From: Thermoleophilia bacterium
GTDB lineage: Bacteria; Actinomycetota; Thermoleophilia; RBG-16-64-13
Direction: 5' to 3'
Length of the DNA: 64,000 bases
NCBI GenBank assembly: GCA_040770645.1
Contig: JAXGIS010000005.1
Location: 13,333-77,332, forward strand
In this document: piece by piece, positions 10,438-20,888 of the stretch
Position numbering within the stretch: the first letter of the stretch is position 1
Layout: every line of letters begins with the position of its first letter
Notes under the pieces: model-generated
Told to the model about the DNA's origin: nothing
Database searches by the model: none
Seen by the model: the letters and a program-made list of their open reading frames with translations, nothing else
Program-made: the position numbers and the translations under genes

Positions 10438-10998
10438 ATCATCCTCGGTCTAGACCCCGGCTCAGGGCTCATGGGATACGGGGTGGTGGAGGTGCGGGGC
10501 AGCGTGCTGTGCGCCGCCGAGTACGGTGCGGTGAGCACTCCGCCCGGTTTGGCATTGGCCAAGCGTCTGCTCCTCATCTTCAACGAGTTGACCGACATCA
10601 TCGCCCGCACCGAGCCACAGGCCGTTGCCATCGAATCGCTGTTCTTCAATGCCAATGCCCGCACCGCATTGGCCGTGGGGCAGGCGCGGGGCGTGGCGTT
10701 GCTGGCGTGTGCCCAGTCTGGGCGCGATGTAGTCGAGTACACGCCGCAACAGGTCAAGCAAGGAGTGGCCGGTTATGGGCGGGCGGACAAAAGACAGGTG
10801 CAGGAGATGGTCAGGTTGCTTCTGGGTCTAGACGACATACCGCGCCCCGACGATGCGGCAGATGCACTGGGAGTAGCCATCTGTCACGCCAATTCGCTTG
10901 GTTTGCGCTCCAGGCTGGCGGCCGCCGGCGTGGACGCCGGTTGCAGCAATACACATGGAGCTGCGCCGGCGAGGCGCACACGGAGGAAACCGCAGTGA
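10438..10998 (+). CDS. ruvC: Crossover junction endodeoxyribonuclease RuvC.
   Basis: The first canonical start is the ATG at 10471. The conserved catalytic N-terminus IILGLDPGSGLMGYGVV begins upstream, in frame, with no ATG/GTG/TTG. This suggests a non-canonical start or an upstream indel. Confidence 0.8.
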   Translation: MILGLDPGSGLMGYGVVEVRGSVLCAAEYGAVSTPPGLALAKRLLLIFNELTDIIARTEPQAVAIESLFFNANARTALAVGQARGVALLACAQSGRDVVEYTPQQVKQGVAGYGRADKRQVQEMVRLLLGLDDIPRPDDAADALGVAICHANSLGLRSRLAAAGVDAGCSNTHGAAPARRTRRKPQ

Positions 10999-11602
10999 TC
11001 GACCGCTTGACGGGCATTGTGCTCCAGAAGTCGGGCGAAGGCGTGGTGATCGACGTGGGCGGCGTCGGTTTCCGGTGGGAGGTACCGGCGCTGAGCCTGC
11101 GTGCACTGACGGGCGAGGGCCAGAAGGCGACACTGTTCACATATCTCAATGTGAAAGAAGACGCGTTACAACTCTATGGCTTTGCCACAGAGGAAGAGCG
11201 TGAGATCTTCACCCTGCTCCTCACGGTTAGCCGGGTGGGACCCAAGCTGGGGCTGGCCGTGTTGTCGAGTTTCCGGCCCGCCGAAGTGGTGCGGGCATTG
11301 GTCACGAGCGACGTGCGCGGTTTGTCATCTGTGCCTGGTCTGGGGCGCAAGACCGCCGAGCGTCTCGTGTTGGAGTTGAAGGATAAGGTATCTGCAACAT
11401 GGGCAGAGGCAGGGGCCACGGATAGCGCAACCCCGGCGCACAGCCCGACACGTCCTGGGAGCCTGATACTATCTCCTTGGCGAAACTAGCGCTCCAGGAG
11501 TTGGGAATGAGCACGGCTGAAGCCGACTACGCCCTGCGGGACGCCTCTGGTGAGGAGCCCGTGCCGGTACTTGTTCGTCGCGCGCTGACCCGTAGGGAAT
11601 AG
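10995..11602 (+). CDS. ruvA: Holliday junction DNA helicase subunit RuvA. The frame is broken near 11450.
   Basis: The GTG overlaps the ruvC stop. VIDRLTGIVLQKSGEGVVIDVGGVGFRWEVP. C-terminal domain III is in another frame (LAKLALQELGMSTAEADYALRDASGEEPVPVLVRRALTRRE). Confidence 0.8.
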
Positions 11603-11665
11603 TGCAGACGGGAAGCGGCGGCCCCAGAGAATAGTGCCGGATGAAGCCATGGTGATATCAACGGC

Positions 11666-12721
11666 ATGAGCAAAGATATCGATAGAAAAGCAGCCAGAAG
11701 CGACTTGGCGGATCCTGTTCGTCTACCCGAGGAACAGGAGTTGGAAGGCTCCCTGCGCCCTCGTACGCTCGAGGCCTTCATCGGCCAGGACCGCCTGCGC
11801 GAACAGCTCTCCATCTTCATTCAGGCAGCCCTCACCCGTAGCGAACCGCTCGACCACGTGCTGCTAGCGGGGCCTCCCGGGCTTGGGAAGACCACACTGG
11901 CATCCATCATCGCCCACGAGATGGGAGTATCCATCTCCACCACATCGGGTCCGGCACTCGAACGCAAGGCGGATATGGCGGCCATCCTGACCTCGCTGGG
12001 CGAGGGGGATGTCCTGTTCATTGACGAGATACATCGTCTCAACCGCGCCATCGAAGAGATCCTCTATCCGGCCATGGAGGACTTCCAGATCGATATCGTG
12101 ATAGGCCAAGGGCCGAGCGCCCGCACCATCCGTTTGGATCTGCCGCATTTCACTTTGATCGGCGCCACAACGCGCTCTGGTCTCATCACCACTCCACTGC
12201 GTGATCGTTTCGGCCTGTCACACAGGCTTGAGCACTATCCGGTGGAGCATCTGATGCAGATTGTAGCCAGATCGGCGGGCCTCCTCGCCGTGGGCCTGGA
12301 ACCCGATGGAGCCATGGAGTTGGCGCGCCGTTCGCGGGGTACACCACGCATTGCCAATCGCCTGCTCAAGCGTGTACGAGACTACGCTCAAGTCCGTTAC
12401 GAAGGGCATATCACCGCTCCCATCGCCCGCGAAGCACTGGAGTTGTTCCAGGTGGACGGGGAGGGTCTGGATCACATAGATCGCGAAATCCTCAACCTCA
12501 TCTTGAGGAACTTCGATGGGGGACCGGTAGGACTGTCAACCTTGGCTGTAGCTATTGGCGAGGAACCGGATACTATCGAAGACGTGTACGAACCGTATCT
12601 ACTGCAGCGCGGGTTTCTGAAGCGCACTCCTCGTGGGCGGGTACTGACCCGTTTGGGCTACCGGCACTGTGGTGTGGCGATGCCGGCAGAATCTCCCCGC
12701 CTCTTCACCGATGGACCTTGA
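11666..12721 (+). CDS. ruvB: Holliday junction DNA helicase RuvB.
   Basis: Walker [15 protein letters not shown]. RuvB N/C-domain motifs. Intact at 351 aa. Confidence 0.9.
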   Translation: MSKDIDRKAARSDLADPVRLPEEQELEGSLRPRTLEAFIGQDRLREQLSIFIQAALTRSEPLDHVLLAGPPGLGKTTLASIIAHEMGVSISTTSGPALERKADMAAILTSLGEGDVLFIDEIHRLNRAIEEILYPAMEDFQIDIVIGQGPSARTIRLDLPHFTLIGATTRSGLITTPLRDRFGLSHRLEHYPVEHLMQIVARSAGLLAVGLEPDGAMELARRSRGTPRIANRLLKRVRDYAQVRYEGHITAPIAREALELFQVDGEGLDHIDREILNLILRNFDGGPVGLSTLAVAIGEEPDTIEDVYEPYLLQRGFLKRTPRGRVLTRLGYRHCGVAMPAESPRLFTDGP

Positions 12722-13301
12722 GGGCTCGTCGCAGTTGACACCGGCGGCCGGTTGCCGGTCCGAGCGCAGTGCGCTGTTGCTCCATATCTGTTGCGGCCCG
12801 TGCGCTACGGCTACAGAGGAGTTCTGGACGGCGCAGGGCTACGAGACGGTCGGCCTCTTCTATAACCCGAATGTGCAGCCTCTCCTGGAATTCCGTCGCA
12901 GGTTGGAGGGGGCGCGCCTCCTGGCCGGAGCGCGAGCTTTCACCTTGCTTGAGGACTTGGCATATAACCCGATCGAGTGGTTCCGCGCCGTGGGACTGCA
13001 CGAGGGACGCGAGCGCTGCCGTGCCTGTATTGCCATGCGCCTCGACGTGACCGCGGCGCACGCCAAGCGCACCGGTTGCTTCGCGTTCACCACCAGTCTG
13101 GCCATTAGCCCCTGGCAGGATCACGAGGCCATTCAGGACGGCGGCGAAGCAGCGGCAGCCAAACACGGCGTCTCCTTCCTGTACGAGGATCTCCGGTCCC
13201 GCTACAGGGATTCCCGCCGCCAAGCGCGCGTTCTCGATCTGTATCGCCAACAGTATTGCGGTTGTGTCGTCTCAGAATGGGAGCGCTACCGTTACGCTTG
13301 A
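12711..13301 (+). CDS. queH: Epoxyqueuosine reductase QueH (DUF208).
   Basis: [13 protein letters not shown] near the N-terminus and [11 protein letters not shown] near the C-terminus are the DUF208 cysteine motifs. Confidence 0.8.
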   Translation: MDLEGSSQLTPAAGCRSERSALLLHICCGPCATATEEFWTAQGYETVGLFYNPNVQPLLEFRRRLEGARLLAGARAFTLLEDLAYNPIEWFRAVGLHEGRERCRACIAMRLDVTAAHAKRTGCFAFTTSLAISPWQDHEAIQDGGEAAAAKHGVSFLYEDLRSRYRDSRRQARVLDLYRQQYCGCVVSEWERYRYA

Positions 13302-13305
13302 GCGG

Positions 13306-13515
13306 TTGGGCAAAGGACTGCTGATAGCCGGTGCGGCCCTGGCGCTGACCGGCGCTGTGTTGTGGGCTCTCTCGCGCTTGGGCTGGCAGCGGTTACCCGG
13401 AGACCTCGTGTGGCGAAGCAAGGGTGGCGTCACGGTCTTCATACCATTAGGGTTCAGTGTGTTGTTGAGCGTCATCCTGACCGTGGTGCTGAATCTCATC
13501 TTCCGGCGGCGGTAA
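13306..13515 (+). CDS. DUF2905-like small membrane protein.
   Basis: TTG directly after the queH stop. Two hydrophobic helices (LLIAGAALALTGAVLWAL, FSVLLSVILTVVLNLIF). Confidence 0.55.
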   Translation: MGKGLLIAGAALALTGAVLWALSRLGWQRLPGDLVWRSKGGVTVFIPLGFSVLLSVILTVVLNLIFRRR

Positions 13516-13521
13516 CCTCAC

Positions 13522-14616
13522 TTGCTACTTGAGGAACTGGACTTCGACTTCCCGGGGGAATTGATCGCGCAGCACCCTGTGGTGCCGAGGGATGCTTGTC
13601 GCCTCTTGGTGCTGCCCCGCTGCGGATCGATGGAACACACTCGTTTTCGGGAGGTGACACGTCTCCTTCTCCCCGGGGATGTACTGGTGATCAACGACTC
13701 CCGTGTGCTTTCAGCCCGCCTGTTCGCCCGCAAGGAGACGGGAGGGGAGGTGGAACTTCTCTTCCTTCACCCGCTTTCTCAATCCGGCGACGTGTGGGAA
13801 GCACTGGCCCGTCCCTCTCGGCGACTCCGCGAAGGCATGGAACTGGTTGTGGACGACAGGCGGCTGGCCTTGCGAGGGCGAAGGGGAGAAGGACGGTGGG
13901 CGGTTGCATCGAGCACCGGCGAACCGCTGGCCCGTCTGATGGAAGACAAAGGCAGGCTTCCGCTTCCTCCTTACGTCCACACGTACCCTTCTGACCCCGA
14001 GTCCTATCAGACAGTGTATGCCGACGCTCCAGGTTCGGCAGCCGCGCCCACGGCCGGACTGCACTTCACGCCGGGATTGATGGTTGCCGCAGAGGAACTC
14101 GGCTGCCGTTTCGCACGGGTGACGTTGCATGTGGGTCTCGATACCTTCCGGCCGATCACTGAAGCACGTATCGACGATCACCGCATCCACCGCGAGTGGT
14201 TCAGCGTCGCTCGGGAATCCTTGGCCACTATCGATATGTGCAGGGCGAGTGGGGGGCGGGTGATCGCCGTGGGCACCACGTCGGTCAGGGTGCTCGAGTC
14301 ATTGTATGGTTCACCCGGTCACGTGGAGCGAGCGCAGTCGAGCAACGGCACCATATGCGGCACCACGGGTTTGTACATCACGCCCGGCTATTGCTTCAAG
14401 GCCGTCGATGCCCTCATCACCAACTTCCATTTGCCGCGGACCTCTCTGCTGGCACTGGTGATGGCCTTCGGCGGTGTGGACCGTGTGCGAGACGCGTATG
14501 CCGAGGCGATCAGACGGCGGTATCGTTTCTTCAGTTTCGGGGACGCCATGTTCCTGGAGGCGCCGAGCGCAAATGGCGTGCCAGAGCGCAGGCAAGGGGG
14601 GAATGACCTGAGATGA
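13522..14616 (+). CDS. queA: S-adenosylmethionine:tRNA ribosyltransferase-isomerase.
   Basis: LDFDFPGELIAQHP...PTAGLHFTPGL...VGTTSVRVLES. Confidence 0.9.
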   Translation: MLLEELDFDFPGELIAQHPVVPRDACRLLVLPRCGSMEHTRFREVTRLLLPGDVLVINDSRVLSARLFARKETGGEVELLFLHPLSQSGDVWEALARPSRRLREGMELVVDDRRLALRGRRGEGRWAVASSTGEPLARLMEDKGRLPLPPYVHTYPSDPESYQTVYADAPGSAAAPTAGLHFTPGLMVAAEELGCRFARVTLHVGLDTFRPITEARIDDHRIHREWFSVARESLATIDMCRASGGRVIAVGTTSVRVLESLYGSPGHVERAQSSNGTICGTTGLYITPGYCFKAVDALITNFHLPRTSLLALVMAFGGVDRVRDAYAEAIRRRYRFFSFGDAMFLEAPSANGVPERRQGGNDLR

Positions 14617-15740
14617 CCGCCATACCGCGTTTCCCGTTTCGCGTTACTCATACAGACGGCGCTGCGCGAGCCGGTATCCTTGAGACCCCACGCGGCACAG
14701 TCGCCACGCCGTGTTTCATGCCCGTAGGCACCAAAGGCACCGTCAAAGGGGTCGCCCCTGAGCGCCTCGCCGCAGCCGGGGCCCAGATCGTGTTGGCAAA
14801 CACGTATCATCTGTCACTGCGCCCGGGGTCATCGACAGTGCGCGACCTTGGGGGGCTGCATCGTTTCATGGGCTGGCAGGGCCCCATCCTCACCGATAGC
14901 GGGGGCTTCCAAGTCTTCAGCCTTATGGACACGGCTCGCGTGGACGACGACGGCGTCACCTTCCGTTCCGTTTACGATGGTTCGTTGCAACGTTTCAGCC
15001 CAGAACGGTCTATCGAGGAGCAGCAACGCCTGGGGGCAGACATAATCATGTGCTTCGATGAGTGCCCCCCGGCCACGGCGTCGGTGGACGCCGTGGCGGC
15101 GGCGGTGCGCCGCACCACCGCCTGGGCCGCCCGTTGCCGGAAGGCCCACGCGGAGGCCGGGGGTCTCGGTAGTGACGGACCGCAGATGCTTCTGGGGATC
15201 GTGCAGGGCGGTGTCGATGCCGCTCTTCGCCGCGAGAGCGCCCTGGCCCTTTTGGAACTGGATTTCCCCGGTTACGCCATCGGTGGTCTGTCCGTGGGCG
15301 AAGAGCGGGGGCCCATGCTGGAGACCACCGCCGCCACAGCTGCGTTGCTCCCCGAAGAGCGCGTGCGCTACTTCATGGGTATCGGCGACCCTCAGGGTGT
15401 GCTGGATGTCATTGAGCGAGGAGTTGATCTATTCGATTGCGTGCTGCCCACGCGCACCGCACGCATGGGAACCGCCTTCACTCCCCAAGGTAGGCTCAAC
15501 CTACGCAACTCCCAACACACCCTCTCCGACGAGCCCTTAGACCCCGAGTGCCCGTGCACGGCGTGCCGGACCTTCTCGCGCGGGGTATTGAGGCATCTCG
15601 TCACCCAGAAGGAGATGCTGGGGCTACAGTTGTTGAGCGAACACAACCTGACTTTCTTGAGCCGGTTGGTGGCTGGGGCTCGAGGAGCTATACAGATGAA
15701 TTCGTTTGCAGCTTTTAGAAAGCAGTGGATTGGAGCGTGA
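14613..15740 (+). CDS. tgt: Queuine tRNA-ribosyltransferase.
   Basis: ATGA overlap with queA. GILETPRGTVATPCFMPVGTKGTVKGV. Zn site CPCTACRTFSRGVLRHL. Confidence 0.9.
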   Translation: MTAIPRFPFRVTHTDGAARAGILETPRGTVATPCFMPVGTKGTVKGVAPERLAAAGAQIVLANTYHLSLRPGSSTVRDLGGLHRFMGWQGPILTDSGGFQVFSLMDTARVDDDGVTFRSVYDGSLQRFSPERSIEEQQRLGADIIMCFDECPPATASVDAVAAAVRRTTAWAARCRKAHAEAGGLGSDGPQMLLGIVQGGVDAALRRESALALLELDFPGYAIGGLSVGEERGPMLETTAATAALLPEERVRYFMGIGDPQGVLDVIERGVDLFDCVLPTRTARMGTAFTPQGRLNLRNSQHTLSDEPLDPECPCTACRTFSRGVLRHLVTQKEMLGLQLLSEHNLTFLSRLVAGARGAIQMNSFAAFRKQWIGA

Positions 15741-15835
15741 TAAGATACGCCGTATGTGGCGAATCAGTCACAGATCACGCGCACGCGTAGCGGAACCGGG
15801 TTGGTTGCGCGCAGGGCACCTATGAGGAGGCGAGA

Positions 15836-16246
15836 TTGAACAACATCGGACTGCTGGCCATATACGTGGTTGGCTTCATCGCCATTTTTTACTTCTTGGC
15901 GGTGAGGCCTCAGCAGAAACAACGGAAGGCTCACGAACAGCTGATCAACTCGGTGAAGCGTGGAGACCGGATTGTCACCATCGGAGGGGTTTTCGGCACC
16001 GTCAAACGGGTCGAAGAAGGGCTCGTAGTGGTCGAGATCGACAAAGGCGTCAACATCAAGGTTGCGCGTCGCGCGATTGCGGAGATTGCCAGCGCCGAGC
16101 AGAAGGCCACGGCCGCCAAAGTCCTGGATAAGCCGGTCAAGGACGAGGACGTCGAAGAGATAGAACCGGTGGAGGCTGAGGCAGTGGAGGAAGTCGATGC
16201 GGACGCCACCGAGCCTCCCGCCGATGTAGAGGAAGAGAAGAAATAG
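15836..16246 (+). CDS. yajC: Preprotein translocase subunit YajC, with an acidic C-terminal tail.
   Basis: TTG start after a GAGGAGG RBS. TM segment plus RPQQKQRKAHEQLINSVKRGDRIVTIGGVFGTV. Confidence 0.85.
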   Translation: MNNIGLLAIYVVGFIAIFYFLAVRPQQKQRKAHEQLINSVKRGDRIVTIGGVFGTVKRVEEGLVVVEIDKGVNIKVARRAIAEIASAEQKATAAKVLDKPVKDEDVEEIEPVEAEAVEEVDADATEPPADVEEEKK

Positions 16247-16302
16247 GGTCATACCACGGCGCACGACGCTGCGCTGCGCCCCCACCTGCACGCGCGCCCA
16301 TC

Positions 16303-16337
16303 ATTGACAGCAGGACAGGTGGTGTCTTATGCTGCGT
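16303..16337 (+). promoter_or_regulatory. Putative sigma-70-type promoter upstream of secD.
   Basis: TTGACA, a 17-nt spacer, then a TTATGC/TATGCT-like -10, inside the 157-bp yajC-secD gap. Confidence 0.3.
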
Positions 16338-16403
16338 CGACTCTCGGGGGTGTGGCGTCCTTGTTGATGCCTTGGCGTAATTACGGCTTTAGGGAAGGTA
16401 GCT

Positions 16404-17740
16404 GTGTCCTCAACCCAGCGTAGTATCGTGTTCTTGGTGGTCGTTGCTATTCTGCTGGCTCCGGCCTTGTACTTCATCATTCCGCCGTCTCAGAAGACGA
16501 AGTTAGGCCTGGATCTCCAGGGCGGCTTGGCCGTCATCTTGGAGGCGCAGGACAGCGTGCGGGCTCCTCGCACAGAAGAAGGCATGAACAAGGCCATCGG
16601 CATCATCGTGGAGCGCATCGACCGCCTGGGTGTGGCTGAGGCTGAGATCCAACGTCAGGGTGACTGGAAGGTTAGTGTGCAACTCCCCGGCATCAGCAAC
16701 CCGGAGCAGGCACTGGCCGTAATAGGGCGCACCGCCGTCTTGGAGATGTACGACGTCACCAAGCAGTTTGACAAGTCGTTCGCCTCTGAGGCCGAGGCGC
16801 TGGCTGCCGCTGGAGTGGACAATGCCGGTCAGCTACCAACGGACAAGCGTCTTGTGTTCTGGCCGGAATCCAAGAGCGGCCGCCCGGACGCGTGGATGTT
16901 GATCACAACTCCACCTCCCATCACGGGCTCAGACCTCAAGGAAGCCCAGGTGGGTTTCGACCGCAACAACAGACCCAAGGTCGATTTTCAGCTCAAAAGC
17001 GAAGGCGCCACCAAATTGCCGCACTAACGGATGAGCTGTCCAAGCGCGGTCAGATCACAGGGCAGGATCAGCTTCTCGCCATCGTTCTTGACGGGAAGGT
17101 GGAGTCCGCACCTCGGGTGCTCGAGCGCATCGATGGGGGCCGGGTGGAGATTACCGGCAACTTCACACTGCAGGAAGCCAAAGATCTGCAGGTGGTGCTG
17201 CAAACCGGCGCTCTGCCCATCGAACTGGAAGTCGTCGGCCAGAGGTCCATCGGGGCCACGTTGGGCAAGGAATCGCTGCAGCAAGCGTTGGTGGCCGGTG
17301 GTATCGGCCTCATTTTGGTTCTCATCTTCATGGTGGCCTATTACAGGATGTTGGGCTTGGTGGCCGATATTGCGTTGCTGGTCTACGGAGTCCTATTCTG
17401 GGGCCTCCTCAACGTCATAGGTGTCACCCTCACGCTTCCCGGCATTGCCGGCGTCATTCTCACCCTGGGCATGGCTGTTGACGCCAACGTGATCATCTTC
17501 GCCAGGGTGAGAGAGGAAGTGGCGGCCGGCAAGACGTTGCGCACGGCCATCGAGACGGGATTCCGCAAAGCCTTCACGGCCATCGTTGACGCCAACGTCA
17601 CTACGGTCATCACGGCGGTGGTGCTGTTCTTCACTGCCACCGGCGGGGTGCGCGGCTTCGCCTTCACCCTGGGCTTGACCACCCTGATCGACCTGCCATC
17701 CTCGTCACCCGGTCCTTGCTTGTGGTTCTGGGGGGACTGA
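16404..17740 (+). CDS. secD: Protein translocase subunit SecD. The frame is broken near 17005 and near 17700.
   Basis: LGLDLQGGLAVILEA. Continues in ORF 16892.. (AALTDELSKRGQITGQDQLLAIVLDGKVESAP). The first shift is a missing T in an AAATTT run. The C-terminus AILVTRSLLVVLGGLRVF is in a third frame. Confidence 0.85.
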
Positions 17741-17798
17741 GAGTATTTCGAAATCTGTCCATGCTGGGGCTCAAGGCCAAGGTCGCGGAGAAGAGCGC

Positions 17799-18689
17799 AT
17801 GAAGATCTACCCTTTCATGAGATATAAGTACTGGCTCGTCGGGCTGCTCGGCGCCGTGACCGCCTTCGCACTCATAGCCATCTTTGTGGTGGGTCTTCAT
17901 CTGGGGATCGAGTTCAAAGGAGGTGTGAAGGCCGAAGTCAGGCTTACGGAGGCCTCCACCTCACTCGAAGTGCGCGAAGCGTTCACCGCCGCAGGCATTC
18001 AAGAACCTATTGTCCAATCGGTGGGCAACGACACTTTCGTGATCACGGCGCCGGAGATGTCGGACGAGCAGTTCAAACAGGGTATCCAGAACCTGTCCGC
18101 CTTGGGTGCGCAGGAAGCCACCGCGGGACTGGAGCGGATAGGGCCGTCTTTCGGCAAGGAGACCGCCAACCGCGCGATGTTGGCCGTGGGCATCTCCATC
18201 CTGTTCATGATCGGGTACATAGGATGGAGGTTCGACTTCAAGTTTGCGCTGCCGGCCATCGCGTCTCTGGTGCACGATGTCGCCCTCATGTTGGGTATCT
18301 ACGCCGTAGCGGGTAGGCTTGTCACCACGGCCACGGTGGCAGCGACTCTCACCATTCTCGGCTACTCCATCAACGATACCATCATCGTCTTCGACCGCAT
18401 TCGCGAGAATCAGGGCTTCATGAAGACCGAGACGTACGGAGACATGGTGGATAAGTCCATTCGCCAGGTCATCGTCCGCTCGATCAACACATCGGTGACC
18501 ACGCTGCTCCCACTGTTGGCCATCCTCCTATTCGGAGGGGAGACGCTGAAGGACTTCGCTCTCGCCCTGTTCATCGGGATCACGTCGGGAACTTACTCGT
18601 CGATCTTCGTGGCCGCGCCACTCCTCGTTTTGTGGAAAGAAAGAGAGCCGAAGTATCGCCGGCGTTTGGCCGCGGCCAAAGGAGCCTGA
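17799..18689 (+). CDS. secF: Protein translocase subunit SecF.
   Basis: LHLGIEFKGGVKAEV...SINDTIIVFDRIREN. Confidence 0.9.
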   Translation: MKIYPFMRYKYWLVGLLGAVTAFALIAIFVVGLHLGIEFKGGVKAEVRLTEASTSLEVREAFTAAGIQEPIVQSVGNDTFVITAPEMSDEQFKQGIQNLSALGAQEATAGLERIGPSFGKETANRAMLAVGISILFMIGYIGWRFDFKFALPAIASLVHDVALMLGIYAVAGRLVTTATVAATLTILGYSINDTIIVFDRIRENQGFMKTETYGDMVDKSIRQVIVRSINTSVTTLLPLLAILLFGGETLKDFALALFIGITSGTYSSIFVAAPLLVLWKEREPKYRRRLAAAKGA

Positions 18690-18821
18690 CGCGTACTCGC
18701 CTCCGGGCGGCGTTGTTGCCGCTCTAGTTGCAAGGGCCACCGGTTAGGCCGGCCGTCTTGTTTGTGCGCCTTCCGCGGCGGGAAACACACACTACAGGCC
18801 ACCCTCACAAGCGGGGAGCGC

Positions 18822-19160
18822 ATGAGTGAGTTCAAACCCTGGGAGGAGAGAGAAGGCGAGCCTAGCCTCAGCGCTCGGGATCTGATCGAGACGATCTTCC
18901 TGGTCGGCGTGGGCGCCGCGGCCCTTGCGCGGGAACGGCTTGGCGCCGTAATGGATGACTTGGCAACGCGTGGGCGGCTGAACGGAGAAGCCGCACAGGC
19001 CGTGTGGGAACGTGTCGCCGGGGGCGGCCGCCATAAGGCCGCAACCGGAACGGACCAGATCGATGTACGCGACATCGATTTCCGCCTGCGACAGATCGAG
19101 CATCGGCTACGGTTGCTCGAATCCCGTGTAGACCGGTGTACAGAAGACAAGGATTCCTGA
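18822..19160 (+). CDS. Phasin-like / PHA-granule-associated-like small protein.
   Basis: MSEFKPWEE...DLIETIFLVGVGAAALARERL...RLRQIEHRLRLLESRV. Typically found upstream of UbiB-family kinases. Confidence 0.5.
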   Translation: MSEFKPWEEREGEPSLSARDLIETIFLVGVGAAALARERLGAVMDDLATRGRLNGEAAQAVWERVAGGGRHKAATGTDQIDVRDIDFRLRQIEHRLRLLESRVDRCTEDKDS

Positions 19161-20807
19161 CCCGCGTCCGCAACTTGGAGACGGTACGTCACGTCTCCGA
19201 GGTTGCCATTCGCCACGGGTTCGGCTACTTCTTCGAACGCCACAATCTATGGGATCTAGTGCCGGGACGAAAGCGTTCCACCACGCCCGTGCCCTCCCAG
19301 TTGGGGCGACATCTGCGGGAGATGCTCGAAGAACTTGGGCCCACCTATGTCAAATCGGCCAGGTCCTGAGCACGCGGCCGGATGTTGTGCCGCCGGAGAT
19401 GATCCAAGAACTAGCTCGGCTTCAGGACCAGGTGACGCCTATACCCTTTTCCACGGTGCGGACCGTGATCGAAGAGGACTTGGGACTGACGGTGGAGCGG
19501 CTCTTCGAGTGGATCGAGGAGGCGCCTCTGGCCTCGGCCTCGATCGGTCAAGTTCACAGAGCGGGGCTGCCGGGGGAGATGTCGTTGCCGTGAAGGTGCA
19601 ACGCCCCGGAGTACGAGAGCAAATCAAGCGCGATATCGATCTCTTTTACCAACTGGCCGGCATGTTGGCCAAGCGGACGGGACGCAGCCTTCTGGTGGAC
19701 CCCATTCAACTGGTCGATGAGTTCGCTGCCGCCATTACTCGCGAGACCGACTATCTGCTGGAGGCACGCAACGCTGAGAGGTTCGCCCGCAATCTGGCAG
19801 GGGACGCGGATTTCTTCATTCCAGCGGTTCACAGGCGCCTGTGCAGCCGTCGGGTGATAACGCTGGAGTTCGTATCGGGAGTCACGTTGAACGCGCTGGA
19901 TCTGGAGGGCATGGACTTCGGGGAGCGGATGCGCCTCGCCAATCTGCTGGCGGATCTCTGGTTCAAGATGGTGCTGCGCGACGGCTTCTTCCACGGTGAT
20001 CCGCATCCGGCAAATGTGGTGTTGGTCCCTGATGGACGTGTGGGGTTGCTTGATTTCGGGAGCGCGGGGGCACTGGCTCCAGACGACTTGATGAACGGCG
20101 CCCGGCTCTTCCGTCACGTGGTCAGCCAAGATCTGCGTGGCGTCAAGCGTGCGCTCAGGAGATTGGGATTGCGCTGGAGCAACCAAGATGAAGGGCAGGT
20201 GGATGAGGCACTTGAGGGCCTTTTCAATCGCTACTACGGTCTCGGGCTGGCTGAGATCGAATCCGGAGCATTGGTGAAGGACGTGTTTGAGGTGGCCTAC
20301 GCGCTTCGTCTGCGGTTGCCGGCCCGCTTCGTTCTGCTCGAGAGGGCCATTGTCGTTCTGGAGGGTGTGGTCGGCCGGGTGTACCCTGAGTTCAATGTGT
20401 TCGACCTGGCTCGAACTTACGTGCAGCAGTCGGCGGTGGAGAGAGGCCTGCCGGCTGCACTGGCGGCCAGGTTGGGTAGATCCGCGCGCGATTATGCCGA
20501 AGCATTGGAGAACTACCCTCTGCAATTGCGTGACATCTTCGAACTCATCACGCGGGGGGAACTGAGAATCAACTTCGTCCATTCGGGGCTCGAAGACCTT
20601 ATTCACCGGCTTGATGTCATCACCAACCGCTTGGTCGTGGCGCTGGTTGCCGCCTCTTTGGCGTTGGCCAGTTCAATCATCACCACCTTCGTCGAACGCG
20701 GCCCGCACGTGTTGGGAGTATCTTTGTGGGGCATCCCCGGCTTCCTCGTGGCGCTGTTCTTCGGGGTCTGGTTGCTCTGGGCTATTTTCCGCTCGGGGCG
20801 CCTATAG
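19136..20807 (+). CDS. ABC1/UbiB-family atypical protein kinase. The frame is broken near 19350 and near 19590.
   Basis: Three consecutive ORFs carry LGPTYVK|GQVLSTRPDVVPPEMIQELARLQDQV|...ASIGQVHRA...VAVKVQRPGV...FFHGDPHPANV. C-terminal TM helices are present. Confidence 0.8.
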
Positions 20808-20888
20808 GCGAGACGTCCAGATACGAGCGTATACTTTCAGTGAGAATGCGATGATGTGCCGGCCCGGCGGCCGGCAGGTGGAGAGGCT

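Noticed and set aside
9363-10757. A 464-aa minus-strand ORF opposite pdxT-yebC.
   Set aside because: It is antisense to the unmistakable YebC gene. The product is low-complexity Arg/Pro/Gly-rich. This is a typical spurious open frame in about 65% GC DNA.
16404-17740. Treating secD and the other split essential genes (hisS, aspS, alaS, relA, cmk, gpsA) as pseudogenes.
   Set aside because: The conserved sequence continues across every break, and the breaks map to homopolymers. The simultaneous loss of several indispensable genes is implausible. Sequencing indels are far more likely.
19554-20606. A 350-aa minus-strand ORF.
   Set aside because: Antisense to the UbiB/ABC1 kinase gene. No recognisable motifs.
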